From: a virus
Virus record (IMG/VR): IMGVR_UViG_3300044641_004408
Location: 5,237 to 69,236 of that record
Reading direction: 5' to 3' (one strand)
DNA: 64,000 nt
Of the stretch, positions 46,128-56,247 are shown piece by piece. The notes beneath the pieces were generated by a model. That model saw nothing but the letters and a program-made list of their open reading frames with translations. It was not told the DNA's origin and did no database searches. Position 1 is the stretch's first letter. Every line of letters starts with the position of its first letter. Both the position numbers and the translations under genes were made by a program.

Positions 46128-48518
46128 TTATTGTTGTTGCATTTGTTGTTCCATCATCATTTGTTCTTCTTCAGAAAGCTGTTGCTCACCCATTTGCTCC
46201 ATTTGCATTTGCTCTTGCTGTTGCGCTTGTTGCTCTAAAGCCATTTGCTGTTCTTCATTCTGCACCTCAATTGGCACATTTACATTTTGCAAAGTATCAG
46301 CAACTAATTGTTGTAATTCTGCTGGTACAGGAATATTTGCTTTTGCAAGATCAAAAACACCTTGTAGTATAATTTCTTTTTCTCTAGCTAAAGCCCTTTT
46401 ACCATCAATAATTGTATCCGCTTGCATTTTTGCTTGAATACTAGCTTGTTGAGCTTCTGCGTTTTGTTGTGAATTATTTTGAGCCTTTTCTTGCTCTGTT
46501 TTTATATATCTCTTTTGTGCTTGTCTAAAGTACAATTCACCTAAATCCACATTTTCTTTAGCTATTCTCATTACCTTAAATGGATCTAGATACATAACCA
46601 ATTGAGGATTTGATGCCATAGCATTGTTCATCATTATTTGCAAATTAGCAATTTCTTGAGCTTGCGGCATCATTTTAACTGTAGCAACAAAATTTCTATC
46701 TTTAACATCTTCTTCCTTCAAAATATCCCTATATTTTTTAGCTCCGTAAGTAACACTTTTATTTAATAAACAAGCTATTTTTTTGCATGTTTCTTCCATT
46801 ACATAGATATACGCATCATACATATATTCTGTAGCATTATTTGCTAAAGCTCTTGAAGCTTCAATATTTGAAGCGGCAACTCTTGGTTGAGCAGCTTGAT
46901 TCATTAGATTAGGATCTTCTCCTAACTCATCTTTCAATACTTGATAATGGAATTGATATAATTGAATTAACGCTTGCAATTGAGGTGCAAAACCAGTATT
47001 TGCCAATTCGGTAATTGGAACTGGAATTCTATTTCCTTCAGCATCTCTACCGCGATAATAAAGTTTACCTGTTTGTTCCCAAATCTTTTGTACCTCTAAT
47101 GGCTTTACAGAATCCCCTAAACCTAAATCTAACTCTTGTAACGCATCTACATCAATTGAAGCACCCGCTGGTACCATTTTAGCTACCATTTGTTGTATCT
47201 TCAATCTAGCTAAAATCATTTGCTCAATAGGCTCTTCTATTTTTTCAGGTACAGCCACATTACGCATATCGTAAGGGTCATACATATAAAAACTATAAGA
47301 AAACTCTGCGTTGCCTAATTCTTTTGGATCTTGTGGGCGAATCATATTTTTTTTGATACCCCACTTAATCATTGTTTGAGTAACTGGACAATATACACCT
47401 TCGTATATATTCCATTTTTTCTCTTCTAAATATTCTTGATTTTCATCTATTTTTTCAGGCTTGCCCTTTCTAATAATCGTGCTGCCATTCTTTTTTGTCT
47501 TGGTAACGGTATATCCATCAGAATCTAATGTTCTAATTTCAAATTGTACTAAATCAATATTCCATTCATCATAAGGTCTTAACCAAGAAACGTTCCAATC
47601 TTGCATCCACTTAATCTTATCTGTTAATTGGTATTCTTTTGATGATTGAGCTAATCTAAAAATATCTTCTTCGGTTAAAATACCGCCAGCAGCAATACTA
47701 TATCTTGCTCTTATTTCACTAACTTTCATAGACAAAATATGTCCTCTATAAGTGGTATCTCTAAAATCAGGGAAATCAGAATAAGAATAAATTGCATTTT
47801 CAGGTCTAATCCATTGAACATGAACTTCCCCTTCTTCATCCATAAAAGTATAAGTACATACTAATCCTACTTCCGCAGAATCATGTAATAATCTTTGTTT
47901 TAAAACATCATTCCATCCATTAGCCTCTAATACGTTATTACATCCAATACTATATTGTATTTCTTCTGGCAAATGATTAAATTCACTAATCCATCTATCT
48001 AATTCATCTTTATCTTCTGCAATAAATTGATCTTGAGGGATAATTGGAATACCAGACTCTTGTTGTATTTGCGCTAAGACTTCTTTATTTTGATAAATAA
48101 ATTCAGCTTCATCTGCTGCATTCTTTTTAAGCATTGCAGATGCGCTATCTGTAGCAGTAACTGTAACCTTTTCATTTCTACTCATCCATGAGCCTACTAA
48201 TCTTGCAACAATTGTATTACCAATAATAATTGATTTCCAGTTAATATTTACAAAGTTAGCTTTACTATTCATCTCCAAACGATCCATAAACACACTCATG
48301 TCTATTTTACCGTTTGCGATTTGTCTATTTTTTCTAAATCTATTATTTCTTAACCAAAAATATGTTTGGTTACCGTAAATTGTAGAATAGATGCTCTGTG
48401 CAACATTTTTACCATATGCATAATCTTTTTTAGATGCTACATCTGTAGTAATTTGAAACTTTTTTAAGGCTTCTCCATTGCTATTTGCTGCTGATATGAA
48501 TAACGGACTATCTGCCAA
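46128..48518 (-). CDS. Portal protein
   Basis: 796 aa after terminase, Q/E/M-rich C-terminus; TTG start. Confidence 0.85.
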   Translation of the reverse strand: MADSPLFISAANSNGEALKKFQITTDVASKKDYAYGKNVAQSIYSTIYGNQTYFWLRNNRFRKNRQIANGKIDMSVFMDRLEMNSKANFVNINWKSIIIGNTIVARLVGSWMSRNEKVTVTATDSASAMLKKNAADEAEFIYQNKEVLAQIQQESGIPIIPQDQFIAEDKDELDRWISEFNHLPEEIQYSIGCNNVLEANGWNDVLKQRLLHDSAEVGLVCTYTFMDEEGEVHVQWIRPENAIYSYSDFPDFRDTTYRGHILSMKVSEIRARYSIAAGGILTEEDIFRLAQSSKEYQLTDKIKWMQDWNVSWLRPYDEWNIDLVQFEIRTLDSDGYTVTKTKKNGSTIIRKGKPEKIDENQEYLEEKKWNIYEGVYCPVTQTMIKWGIKKNMIRPQDPKELGNAEFSYSFYMYDPYDMRNVAVPEKIEEPIEQMILARLKIQQMVAKMVPAGASIDVDALQELDLGLGDSVKPLEVQKIWEQTGKLYYRGRDAEGNRIPVPITELANTGFAPQLQALIQLYQFHYQVLKDELGEDPNLMNQAAQPRVAASNIEASRALANNATEYMYDAYIYVMEETCKKIACLLNKSVTYGAKKYRDILKEEDVKDRNFVATVKMMPQAQEIANLQIMMNNAMASNPQLVMYLDPFKVMRIAKENVDLGELYFRQAQKRYIKTEQEKAQNNSQQNAEAQQASIQAKMQADTIIDGKRALAREKEIILQGVFDLAKANIPVPAELQQLVADTLQNVNVPIEVQNEEQQMALEQQAQQQEQMQMEQMGEQQLSEEEQMMMEQQMQQQ

Positions 48519-48536
48519 TGTGATTGTATTTTACGT

Positions 48537-48544
48537 CAAATATA
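48537..48544 (-). promoter_or_regulatory. Bacteroidota-type -7 box (head operon)
   Basis: TATATTTG on minus strand upstream of portal. Confidence 0.55.
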
Positions 48545-48575
48545 CTAAATATTAAGAATTTAGTAAAATTTTTAA

Positions 48576-50624
48576 TTAATTGAACTCTGGCTTATAGCTT
48601 CTAACCAATGGTTCCCGTTTAATTTGTTTTTGAACTGGTTCCATAAGACACACTATTAACATTAAAAATGATACTGTTTGGTCAAAATCAGTTCTATTGT
48701 TTGGATCAAACTTTTTGGCATCTTCCAATAAGTTTTCAAAATCTATAGAATCAATATGAGATTCAAAATACATAATTCCAACATCTGTCTGCTTAGTTAA
48801 GCTAAACGGAGTCGTTGGGAAACCTTTATATCTTTCTGCTGTTTCTCTTTTAGAAGGATCAATTGTTGAAAGTGGGTAAGAACCTAAATATCCGACACGC
48901 CCTCTATCTCTAAAATATGATAAATAATCATCACTATTATGCTCATACCAAGCTTGATAACCATAAAATTCAGCCGCTAAAAGAACTTGCTCGTGCAATG
49001 TTTCTTTAATTTGAGGTCTGCCATACAAATGACCTATTGCCTTACCGGTGGTTTCTGGATTTAATAAATCATATCTTCTACCAATCCAAGCTGACGCTTT
49101 TGAACCATATTTACCACCTTGACTATTACTGTATCCGTCAATTGCTATTGCGCCATCAGATACCCTTCCCGGTTTTCTAGTTTTAACATCAAATGTATGT
49201 TTATTCTCTTCGCCTTTTGGTGGGAATTGAGTTATAACCCAATGAAAATCTTCTTCTTTATCATGAATATTTCTCCACCTTACTGTTTGGTCAATATCTC
49301 GGTAAAATATAACATGCCTTTTTAATACAGGATTTTCTTTCAAATACTGCTCCCTTGCTCCTATATTCATTACATTAAAAATACACTTATCTGAGTCTGT
49401 ACTAAACGCTTCATCAATTGTCAATGGTTCTTTTCTAACACGAGCAGACAATGCTCTTGGGTTGTTTTTAACCGTTTCTCTATCTGCTAGAATTTGGTCT
49501 AAAGTCTTATTTTCATCAGGGAAACCAAAGTCGTCAAAGTTTCTAGTTCGCTTTGCAGACATAAAAAATCTATAAAGACCGCTTGAAGTCGTCCCATTAT
49601 CTTGCCTTTTGTCTTGATTACTTTCTTCCCATAATAATTTAAACGCATCTTGAACACCATCTTTTTCTGTAGTTAATTTTTCTACCGTAGTAGTATATAA
49701 AGCCTTTCCGATAATCTTACCTTCATCATCTAGCAAACAATAACGCACAACCTCGTGTCTATCATAAACATTAACCTCTGTAGTTTTACCACACTCGTCT
49801 GCCACATATCTATGTAATTTTTGTCCATCATAAGCTACTGTATCTGCCGATTGATGGTCAATAATTGATCCTAATTCATCTTTGTCAACACTATCTTCTG
49901 CTTTCTTACCTCTTACGTTTGTCTTTTGGAATCTCATCTCTGTTTTAGGATTAACACCCAAAGACATATCATATTCTGGTCTAAAAAACTTTGGCAATCT
50001 TCTGAAAGGATTAACAACTGTCTTAGCAAAGAATTTTTTGGCATCCGATCCTGTTTTAGACTGAATACCGCCGTTTGTCATCTTAGTCCTAGTAATGTAT
50101 TCAGAAACAAATAGCCCAGCTACAAATGATTTACCAAAACGTCTTTTAGTTACTTCAAGCATCCCCATACATAATGGATCTTGAATACAATAGTCCATAA
50201 AATAGAACTTTTCCAAATCAGGAATACGAAACTTAGGATATCCAATATCAATAGGCCACCATTGTAAATATAAATAATGCAATCCCGTCAAATATGTGGG
50301 AGTACCATTGTTCATATACCAAAATCCATTTAACCTTTTATCCCACTCTTGTTTCTTATATTCTTCTAGTCTTTCATCATAAAATTCAACCTCGTCATCT
50401 TTTTTCTTTTTATCAAATTCATCCCACTTCTTCATTGTATCTTGATACCAATCTGGCATAGGTATTCTTTTCCAAAATTGCTCTGATTCAATTTCAGACC
50501 TTTTATATATACCCCTAAATTCTACTTGTTTTGTAATTATATTGTATACATAACCTTCAGGAGGCAAATTACACTTTAGCCCTTGAATGTCTATAACACT
50601 CCCGCCTTCAATTTTTTCGTACAT
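48576..50624 (-). CDS. terL: Terminase large subunit
   Basis: KRRFGKS Walker A, YVADECGK Walker B, nuclease IAID and FD..VS. Confidence 0.9.
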   Translation of the reverse strand: MYEKIEGGSVIDIQGLKCNLPPEGYVYNIITKQVEFRGIYKRSEIESEQFWKRIPMPDWYQDTMKKWDEFDKKKKDDEVEFYDERLEEYKKQEWDKRLNGFWYMNNGTPTYLTGLHYLYLQWWPIDIGYPKFRIPDLEKFYFMDYCIQDPLCMGMLEVTKRRFGKSFVAGLFVSEYITRTKMTNGGIQSKTGSDAKKFFAKTVVNPFRRLPKFFRPEYDMSLGVNPKTEMRFQKTNVRGKKAEDSVDKDELGSIIDHQSADTVAYDGQKLHRYVADECGKTTEVNVYDRHEVVRYCLLDDEGKIIGKALYTTTVEKLTTEKDGVQDAFKLLWEESNQDKRQDNGTTSSGLYRFFMSAKRTRNFDDFGFPDENKTLDQILADRETVKNNPRALSARVRKEPLTIDEAFSTDSDKCIFNVMNIGAREQYLKENPVLKRHVIFYRDIDQTVRWRNIHDKEEDFHWVITQFPPKGEENKHTFDVKTRKPGRVSDGAIAIDGYSNSQGGKYGSKASAWIGRRYDLLNPETTGKAIGHLYGRPQIKETLHEQVLLAAEFYGYQAWYEHNSDDYLSYFRDRGRVGYLGSYPLSTIDPSKRETAERYKGFPTTPFSLTKQTDVGIMYFESHIDSIDFENLLEDAKKFDPNNRTDFDQTVSFLMLIVCLMEPVQKQIKREPLVRSYKPEFN

Positions 50625-50626
50625 AA

Positions 50627-51013
50627 TTAATATCTTTTACCAGCTAATTCGCCTACCGCATCGGCCATGTTTTCTGGAGAAAATGGCTTTCTATTAACCT
50701 GAACTATTTCTTTTTTATCGTTTGTTTCTTGATTAATACCGGCTAATACTTCTAAAGCTTTAATTGAAGCTGAAATTGTTCCAGCATCTACCCATATCTT
50801 TTGTAGTCTTTCAAATGTCTTAATTTTAGGATCGTCAATATCAATTGCAGTAAGACTTGTTTTATTTAACAATTCAGCCATTTCATTAGCTTTTCTATTA
50901 AGTGCATGATATAGTTTACCTATCCCATCTTGTTGATAATAAGCATTTTTACCTTCTAAATAAGCTATTTGTTTTTCTAAATCCTTAATCTTATTTTCTA
51001 ATTCTGCTGACAT
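50627..51013 (-). CDS. Putative terminase small subunit
   Basis: Helical 128-aa protein directly upstream of terL. Confidence 0.45.
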   Translation of the reverse strand: MSAELENKIKDLEKQIAYLEGKNAYYQQDGIGKLYHALNRKANEMAELLNKTSLTAIDIDDPKIKTFERLQKIWVDAGTISASIKALEVLAGINQETNDKKEIVQVNRKPFSPENMADAVGELAGKRY

Positions 51014-51678
51014 TAATTTAATTTTTTAGCATCTGAAATATTATAACCAATCAATAAATCCCCCTTAACTACTTTTTCAGTTAATTCATGCTCAACCGAA
51101 ATTACTTCGTTTCTATCGTTGCCTTCTGGATAATATCTTAATCTTATAATCTTTCCTTCTGTTCCATCATCATTTTGATATATAATTTCATAATCACTTG
51201 ATATAACAGTACCTACAACATTACCAGATAATTCACCGCTAGTAACATAAATCTTATTTTTAACTAAAGTAGGTTCAACCCCTTGCAAAAAACCAGTATA
51301 TGGTTCAAAAATCCTTAGTCCAGTAATAAAATTATTTAAAGGGTTCCATGTGGAACCTTTTTCACTTCTCCACATAAAACATTCTTCAATAGGTATTGAA
51401 AAATATTGCATATCTGAAGATGCTTCAGCTGTTGGTTTTTGATAATTAAAAATTTTATAAGTATCATGAGTAGCATTATGATGAATTAAAATTTCAGAAC
51501 CAGCAGGTATATCCGTAGCATCAACTACTTCAGCATTAACAGGCTTAACATAACGCATGTTAAAATTATCATATACTCTTTCTAATTTTATCTTTGTGCC
51601 ATCCTTAAATGTATGGCTGTTTTTACTTTCTAAATCAACCTTAATGATTACTCTATTACTTGGAGCTTTCAATTTCAT
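51013..51678 (-). CDS. GroES-like domain protein
   Basis: AP.NRVIIK...AEVV...GSEILIHHN. Confidence 0.5.
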   Translation of the reverse strand: MKLKAPSNRVIIKVDLESKNSHTFKDGTKIKLERVYDNFNMRYVKPVNAEVVDATDIPAGSEILIHHNATHDTYKIFNYQKPTAEASSDMQYFSIPIEECFMWRSEKGSTWNPLNNFITGLRIFEPYTGFLQGVEPTLVKNKIYVTSGELSGNVVGTVISSDYEIIYQNDDGTEGKIIRLRYYPEGNDRNEVISVEHELTEKVVKGDLLIGYNISDAKKLN

Positions 51679-51731
51679 AATTAATTAATTTAATTAAAAT
51701 TACACGATTTTTTATATCTACCAAAATTTAT

Positions 51732-51739
51732 TATATTTG
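51732..51739 (+). promoter_or_regulatory. Bacteroidota-type -7 box
   Basis: TATATTTG upstream of 51782. Confidence 0.6.
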
Positions 51740-51781
51740 TATTGCCCAAAAAAAAATTTATAACAAAAAAACAATTAAAAA

Positions 51782-52126
51782 ATGGCAAATCATTTATCAG
51801 TTTATGTTTATCGTAGAAACCAATACGATTTAACGAACCCTAACGGCACCCCTGCAACTAGCGGTGTTTTATTTTCATTACCTACTGTTGATTTACAAGT
51901 ACAACCAACAACTGTAGTAGCAAATGGCGTACAAATGAATTCATTGATTCTTGTGTACCCAAGCGGTCTTAATCAACCAGCTGAAAAGTTGTATACCAAT
52001 CAAACTGTTGATCAATTAATTGCAGCTATCAACGGAAGTGGTATTGCGACTACAACTACAACAACAGCGGCTCCTACTACAACTACAACAGCGGCTCCTA
52101 CTACAACTACAACAACAACAGCTTAA
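51782..52126 (+). CDS. Putative virion decoration protein with Thr tail
   Basis: Paralog of next gene; ends TTTTTTAAPTTTTTAAPTTTTTTTA. Confidence 0.65.
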   Translation: MANHLSVYVYRRNQYDLTNPNGTPATSGVLFSLPTVDLQVQPTTVVANGVQMNSLILVYPSGLNQPAEKLYTNQTVDQLIAAINGSGIATTTTTTAAPTTTTTAAPTTTTTTTA

Positions 52127-52163
52127 TTAAAAAAAAATTAAAAACAATCAAAAATATTAAAAA

Positions 52164-52427
52164 ATGGCAAGTATAGTATCAATTACAGCATATCAAAGAA
52201 ACCAATATGCTTTATTAAACCCTAATGGAACTCCTGCGACTTCTGGTATTGCTTATGGATTCCCAGTAAACATAATTACAGCTTACCCAGCTCCTTCAGG
52301 AACAGTAGCTAATGGAGTAACTATGAACTCAATAGTTGAAGTAGCTCCTACTGGATTAAATCAAGTACCAGTATTGTTTTACACGACTTCTACTGTAGCG
52401 CAAATTAATACAGCCGCAAACGCTTAG
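52164..52427 (+). CDS. Putative virion decoration protein (tailless paralog)
   Basis: Shares RNQY.L.NPNGTPATSG and VANGV.MNS. Confidence 0.65.
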   Translation: MASIVSITAYQRNQYALLNPNGTPATSGIAYGFPVNIITAYPAPSGTVANGVTMNSIVEVAPTGLNQVPVLFYTTSTVAQINTAANA

Positions 52428-52447
52428 TCTTAAAAAAAACGTAAATT

Positions 52448-52474
52448 AGCCCCTTTTTAACGAGGGGCTTTTTT
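52448..52474 (+). terminator. Intrinsic terminator between convergent units
   Basis: AGCCCCT/AGGGGCT stem followed by T-run. Confidence 0.75.
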
Positions 52475-52597
52475 ATTTTCTTTATGTACTGTTTTTAGGT
52501 TTTTATATATCCTTTTAGCATCTTCTAATGTTTTACCAGCACCTGATGCCATAAACACAGATAATCTTCTTAATTTTTTAGCTGCTTTGTTATTCAT
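52457..52597 (-). CDS. Small basic protein
   Basis: 46-aa ORF MNNKAAKKLRR, read manually. Confidence 0.5.
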   Translation of the reverse strand: MNNKAAKKLRRLSVFMASGAGKTLEDAKRIYKNLKTVHKENKKAPR

Positions 52598-52606
52598 AAA
52601 TTAAAT

Positions 52607-52729
52607 TTATCTTCCTTGACCGCGATACGGCTTAGGTTTTGGAGAATGTTTGTTATACGATTTCTTTGCGCTTCCTGTTTTTCTACTTCCAAATGTTACC
52701 TTTCTTGAATCTGTTTTAACTTTTGCCAT
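52607..52729 (-). CDS. Small basic protein ending KPYRGQGR
   Basis: 40-aa ORF read manually. Confidence 0.6.
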   Translation of the reverse strand: MAKVKTDSRKVTFGSRKTGSAKKSYNKHSPKPKPYRGQGR

Positions 52730-52730
52730 T

Positions 52731-53003
52731 TTATGTGTTATTTAGGATTAATTGGTACGAATATAAGCCATTTTCTAAATAATTTTTATTTAGGGTATGC
52801 CTACCAAACTTTTCTTTCCTAAAATCACGCAAACCTGCCGATACTGATGCTTCGGGTATATGAGTAATAGCCGAAATTTCACTAAGGGTTCTAAATCTTT
52901 GATCTTGCATAAGCTCTTTTAATTTAAAATGATTCTTAGCTAATCTTTTACCATCTCTTTCATGAACATAATCAGTTCCGTCAAATACTAATTCTTGTTG
53001 CAT
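52731..53003 (-). CDS. Winged-helix DNA-binding protein
   Basis: TLSEIS...PEASVSA.LRDFRK.KFG. Confidence 0.65.
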   Translation of the reverse strand: MQQELVFDGTDYVHERDGKRLAKNHFKLKELMQDQRFRTLSEISAITHIPEASVSAGLRDFRKEKFGRHTLNKNYLENGLYSYQLILNNT

Positions 53004-53004
53004 A

Positions 53005-53226
53005 TTATTGGGTTTTAAAATACTTTAAATCTATGTCCCCACCGTCCATTTTATTTGGATAGATGAGTATGTCTTTATCGTAAAAGTTCCGCACCATACC
53101 ATTGTGGTAAAATACGACTTTCCAAACGGTGTTGACTTCTGTTCCGTAGTCAATCCAAGCAATGGCTTTTCCTCTTCCAAGTGGTGTTTCAACTTCTATA
53201 GGGTTTATTAATTCGTGAATATACAT
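53005..53226 (-). CDS. Hypothetical phage protein
   Basis: V.TPLG.G.A..IDYG motif. Confidence 0.6.
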   Translation of the reverse strand: MYIHELINPIEVETPLGRGKAIAWIDYGTEVNTVWKVVFYHNGMVRNFYDKDILIYPNKMDGGDIDLKYFKTQ

Positions 53227-53564
53227 TAGGCATTATTTTCATCATTTTTTGCTGATAAAAGCTGTAAAGACGTAACTCTAGCATGCAACTGCGCAATCAC
53301 TTCTTTTGTTTTATCGTTATTGTAAGTCTTTGCTTCTGGCTTACCTTCCATGTAAATCATTGTACCTTTTTTTAAGTAGTTAGATACATTTAATTTGTCT
53401 GTCCAATAAGCACATGAAACCCATGTAGTTTTATCTACATCTTCACCTTGTTGGTTTTTGAACTTTTCGCTGTAAGCCATTGAGAAATTAATCACTGTTT
53501 TACCATTCACTGTGTTTACTACTGCATCTTGTCCTAATCTTCCGATTACTGAAATTCTGATCAT
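53226..53564 (-). CDS. ssb: Single-stranded DNA-binding protein
   Basis: IGRLGQD, FS.A..E, TTW..C..W, YLKKG...Y.EG. Confidence 0.9.
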   Translation of the reverse strand: MIRISVIGRLGQDAVVNTVNGKTVINFSMAYSEKFKNQQGEDVDKTTWVSCAYWTDKLNVSNYLKKGTMIYMEGKPEAKTYNNDKTKEVIAQLHARVTSLQLLSAKNDENNA

Positions 53565-53582
53565 TTTTTTGTTTTTTAATTA

Positions 53583-55448
53583 TTAAAATATTACTTCTCC
53601 ACCATCTTCATCTTTATATGGAAGCCATGATTGATTAGCTTCTTTTCTTTTCCAAAAATCAAGTCCTTTTTTATTCAACATCTCTTGTATAAAATCCCTT
53701 CCCTCAATAAAAAATCTTCTTCTATCCCAAATATACTCAACCATTACAAATCCTTTCCTACCAACACTTTTCTTTTTAATTTTCTTAGAGTGAAATTCTG
53801 CAACAGGACTTTTTGGATCTGTCTGTGCAAATGGTCTATGGTAAACGGTAATATTGTCCATTTTATTGTTCCACATAGCACCATCATTTATATCAAATAC
53901 ATCAGGACATTTGTAGTTACCACTCCTATCCCTTTCCATTAATTTTGGATGGGCAATAACCCAAAAATATACATCATTCTTCTTCGCAAATCTTGAAAAG
54001 TCAGCTAATAATGTTTCCAAATACTTATCAGTTCTACCACCAAAACCTTTGTAATCATTGGTCATTTGGTTAAATGGATCAATGCAACAAAAGTCAACTT
54101 TCTCTTGCACAATCAATTCCAGAAACTTTTCTTTGATATACTGTGGTGTAGGCGAAAGCATCTCTGCGCTAATATAGAAAATATGTTTAGAAATAAAATC
54201 GTATGCAGCCTCGTAAATATCATTAGCTGGTCTATTTGGATTAAATGGAGTACACTCACAACCCAAAAGCATCTCAACATAGTCGTGGAAATATTCTTCA
54301 GCAGGCGTATCTTCAGGAGAAAATGTAGCTATCTTTTCGCCATACATGATAATTCTACTTAGCAATTGCGACTTTTGCCAAGCCGTTTTACCGTAGTTAC
54401 CAATACCAGTAAGCAATGTAATCTCACCCCTTTTAGGCTTAAAAATATGATCAAGTTCTGGTACTCCTACACCCATAACCTTATCAAACCCATTTTGATT
54501 GATAAGCAAAGCTTTATCCTTTACATCAATTCCATATACCACATCTTCAACCCTGTAATTATCACCCCTTTCATCTACAAATTCATTCTTAACATCAATT
54601 TCAAAATTCGTAGTCTTATTGACCAACTTTTCCTTTTGTATAATAGCCGAACCAGCAATAGCCCTATTTGCCCTATATCCGCTCTTTACAGCCCCTCTCA
54701 TCTCCGACATAGTAAAGTCATTACTCACTAAATATTCGGCTGAAATAAGGCTTAAAGCGACCTCCTCGTTGATTCCAAACCTACAACATGCAGATGCCAA
54801 CTTAAAAATGTAAGTATTTCGCTCTCCAGTGACAAAAGCATCATTTTTATTAGTTAGCCATTTTAAGATTCTTCGGAAGTTTTCAGAATCGTCAATTGTT
54901 TCAATTTCGTTGACTACAATTTTTTCTATTTTTTTAGCTTTGGTGTAAACCGCAGCTTTATCGTTTATGTAAATATCGGGATCAAAACTTTCGTAACAAA
55001 CCCTGCTAACATTAATTCCACTTCGGTCAACTTCTGGAAAAACCTCTTGTAGTGATTGGAAATGCTCTCTATGCTTTTTGCCATCCGCTATTTTAACCAA
55101 AGCTTTTAAACCATTACCTGAAGGACTAACCCAACAGGCATACACGAAATCCTTTTGGATAATTTCAGTCTGCTTATCCCTCAAGTCAGAAATATCATCA
55201 AAATCTAAAACTATAAATCCGCTATGCGCAACCAATTGCTCATCCTTCCTATCTGCTCCAAACTTACCACTGAAGCAAATTGAAGGTAAATTTAGCTTTA
55301 GCTTATTAGCTTTTTCCTTATCCAAAGCCAACCTAATGTCTAAAACCAAAGATTTACTTGCCCCTAGCTTAATCCTTTCAAGTGCTTTGTCAACGGTTAT
55401 GAAATGTGGTTCCTTGCTAAAAATGTTTTTAAAAATAGTAACTTGCAT
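53583..55448 (-). CDS. BT4734/VirE-N-like primase domain plus PriCT fused to SF4 helicase
   Basis: SGFIVLDFD, SPSGNGLK, GERN; GIGNYGKT, IDPFN, IAHP. Confidence 0.8.
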   Translation of the reverse strand: MQVTIFKNIFSKEPHFITVDKALERIKLGASKSLVLDIRLALDKEKANKLKLNLPSICFSGKFGADRKDEQLVAHSGFIVLDFDDISDLRDKQTEIIQKDFVYACWVSPSGNGLKALVKIADGKKHREHFQSLQEVFPEVDRSGINVSRVCYESFDPDIYINDKAAVYTKAKKIEKIVVNEIETIDDSENFRRILKWLTNKNDAFVTGERNTYIFKLASACCRFGINEEVALSLISAEYLVSNDFTMSEMRGAVKSGYRANRAIAGSAIIQKEKLVNKTTNFEIDVKNEFVDERGDNYRVEDVVYGIDVKDKALLINQNGFDKVMGVGVPELDHIFKPKRGEITLLTGIGNYGKTAWQKSQLLSRIIMYGEKIATFSPEDTPAEEYFHDYVEMLLGCECTPFNPNRPANDIYEAAYDFISKHIFYISAEMLSPTPQYIKEKFLELIVQEKVDFCCIDPFNQMTNDYKGFGGRTDKYLETLLADFSRFAKKNDVYFWVIAHPKLMERDRSGNYKCPDVFDINDGAMWNNKMDNITVYHRPFAQTDPKSPVAEFHSKKIKKKSVGRKGFVMVEYIWDRRRFFIEGRDFIQEMLNKKGLDFWKRKEANQSWLPYKDEDGGEVIF

Positions 55449-55451
55449 CGT

Positions 55452-56237
55452 TTATTTGTTTAGTTGATCAACTCTTGTTTTGTATTTTATAAAATCTGCA
55501 TCTTGGTATAAATGCGAATTATTCTTTGGTGTTTGTGGCAGATCCGTATTTGATTTATATGTTTTTTTTAGATGGGGAAGTGTGTTTTTAATTTTAGTTT
55601 TCCAAACTTTAATCTTCTTGCCATACCCATCATTCCAACCAGCATCCACCCAAGTTTGATATTTAGCCTTTAGGGAAAATTCATATTCCGAATAAACAGC
55701 CTTTAAATCATTCTCAACTACTTCCTTGCAATATGCTAAAAAATCATTTTCACTAGGTATATATTCTTTTATTTCTTTTACTTTACTTTCTTTTACTTTA
55801 CTTTGCGGATTTTCTGGAGCAGAAACTCCGTCAGATACGGTATTATTAGTAGCGAATTTACCGTTTATGCGGAGTTGTTTCTTACTTTTATCTTTATTTG
55901 TACCTCTTTTTTCATAAACAGGTTTTAACCTTTCATCTAGCGAATCTGAATTAATAAAGCCATTATTTAAGAATATCATCTCCAGTTTGATACAGTAATC
56001 CACCACATCCCGTATTTCTGTAGCAGAAACTCCAAAATCACCCGCCATTAGTTCAAATTCCACATCTGAATACTCAAATACATTACCATCAATACCAGTT
56101 AAATATTCTAAAGTCATTGACCAAATAGCATAACCTATGGCTCCAAACTTTGTACGAATGGCTTTAACCTTTCTATGGTTTCTCATATCCCTATCATGAG
56201 GGAAATAATCGCAATAATTCTTTTTAGGGCGAGCCAT
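55452..56237 (-). CDS. DUF4373-type replication initiator
   Basis: MARP.K...DYFPHD, G..GYAIW; KVKESKVKE linker. Confidence 0.75.
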   Translation of the reverse strand: MARPKKNYCDYFPHDRDMRNHRKVKAIRTKFGAIGYAIWSMTLEYLTGIDGNVFEYSDVEFELMAGDFGVSATEIRDVVDYCIKLEMIFLNNGFINSDSLDERLKPVYEKRGTNKDKSKKQLRINGKFATNNTVSDGVSAPENPQSKVKESKVKEIKEYIPSENDFLAYCKEVVENDLKAVYSEYEFSLKAKYQTWVDAGWNDGYGKKIKVWKTKIKNTLPHLKKTYKSNTDLPQTPKNNSHLYQDADFIKYKTRVDQLNK

Positions 56238-56247
56238 TTTTTTATAA

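Noticed and set aside
42718-50624. Introns or inteins in terminase, portal or MCP
   Set aside because: ORFs are continuous, of ordinary size, and show no intein splice motifs
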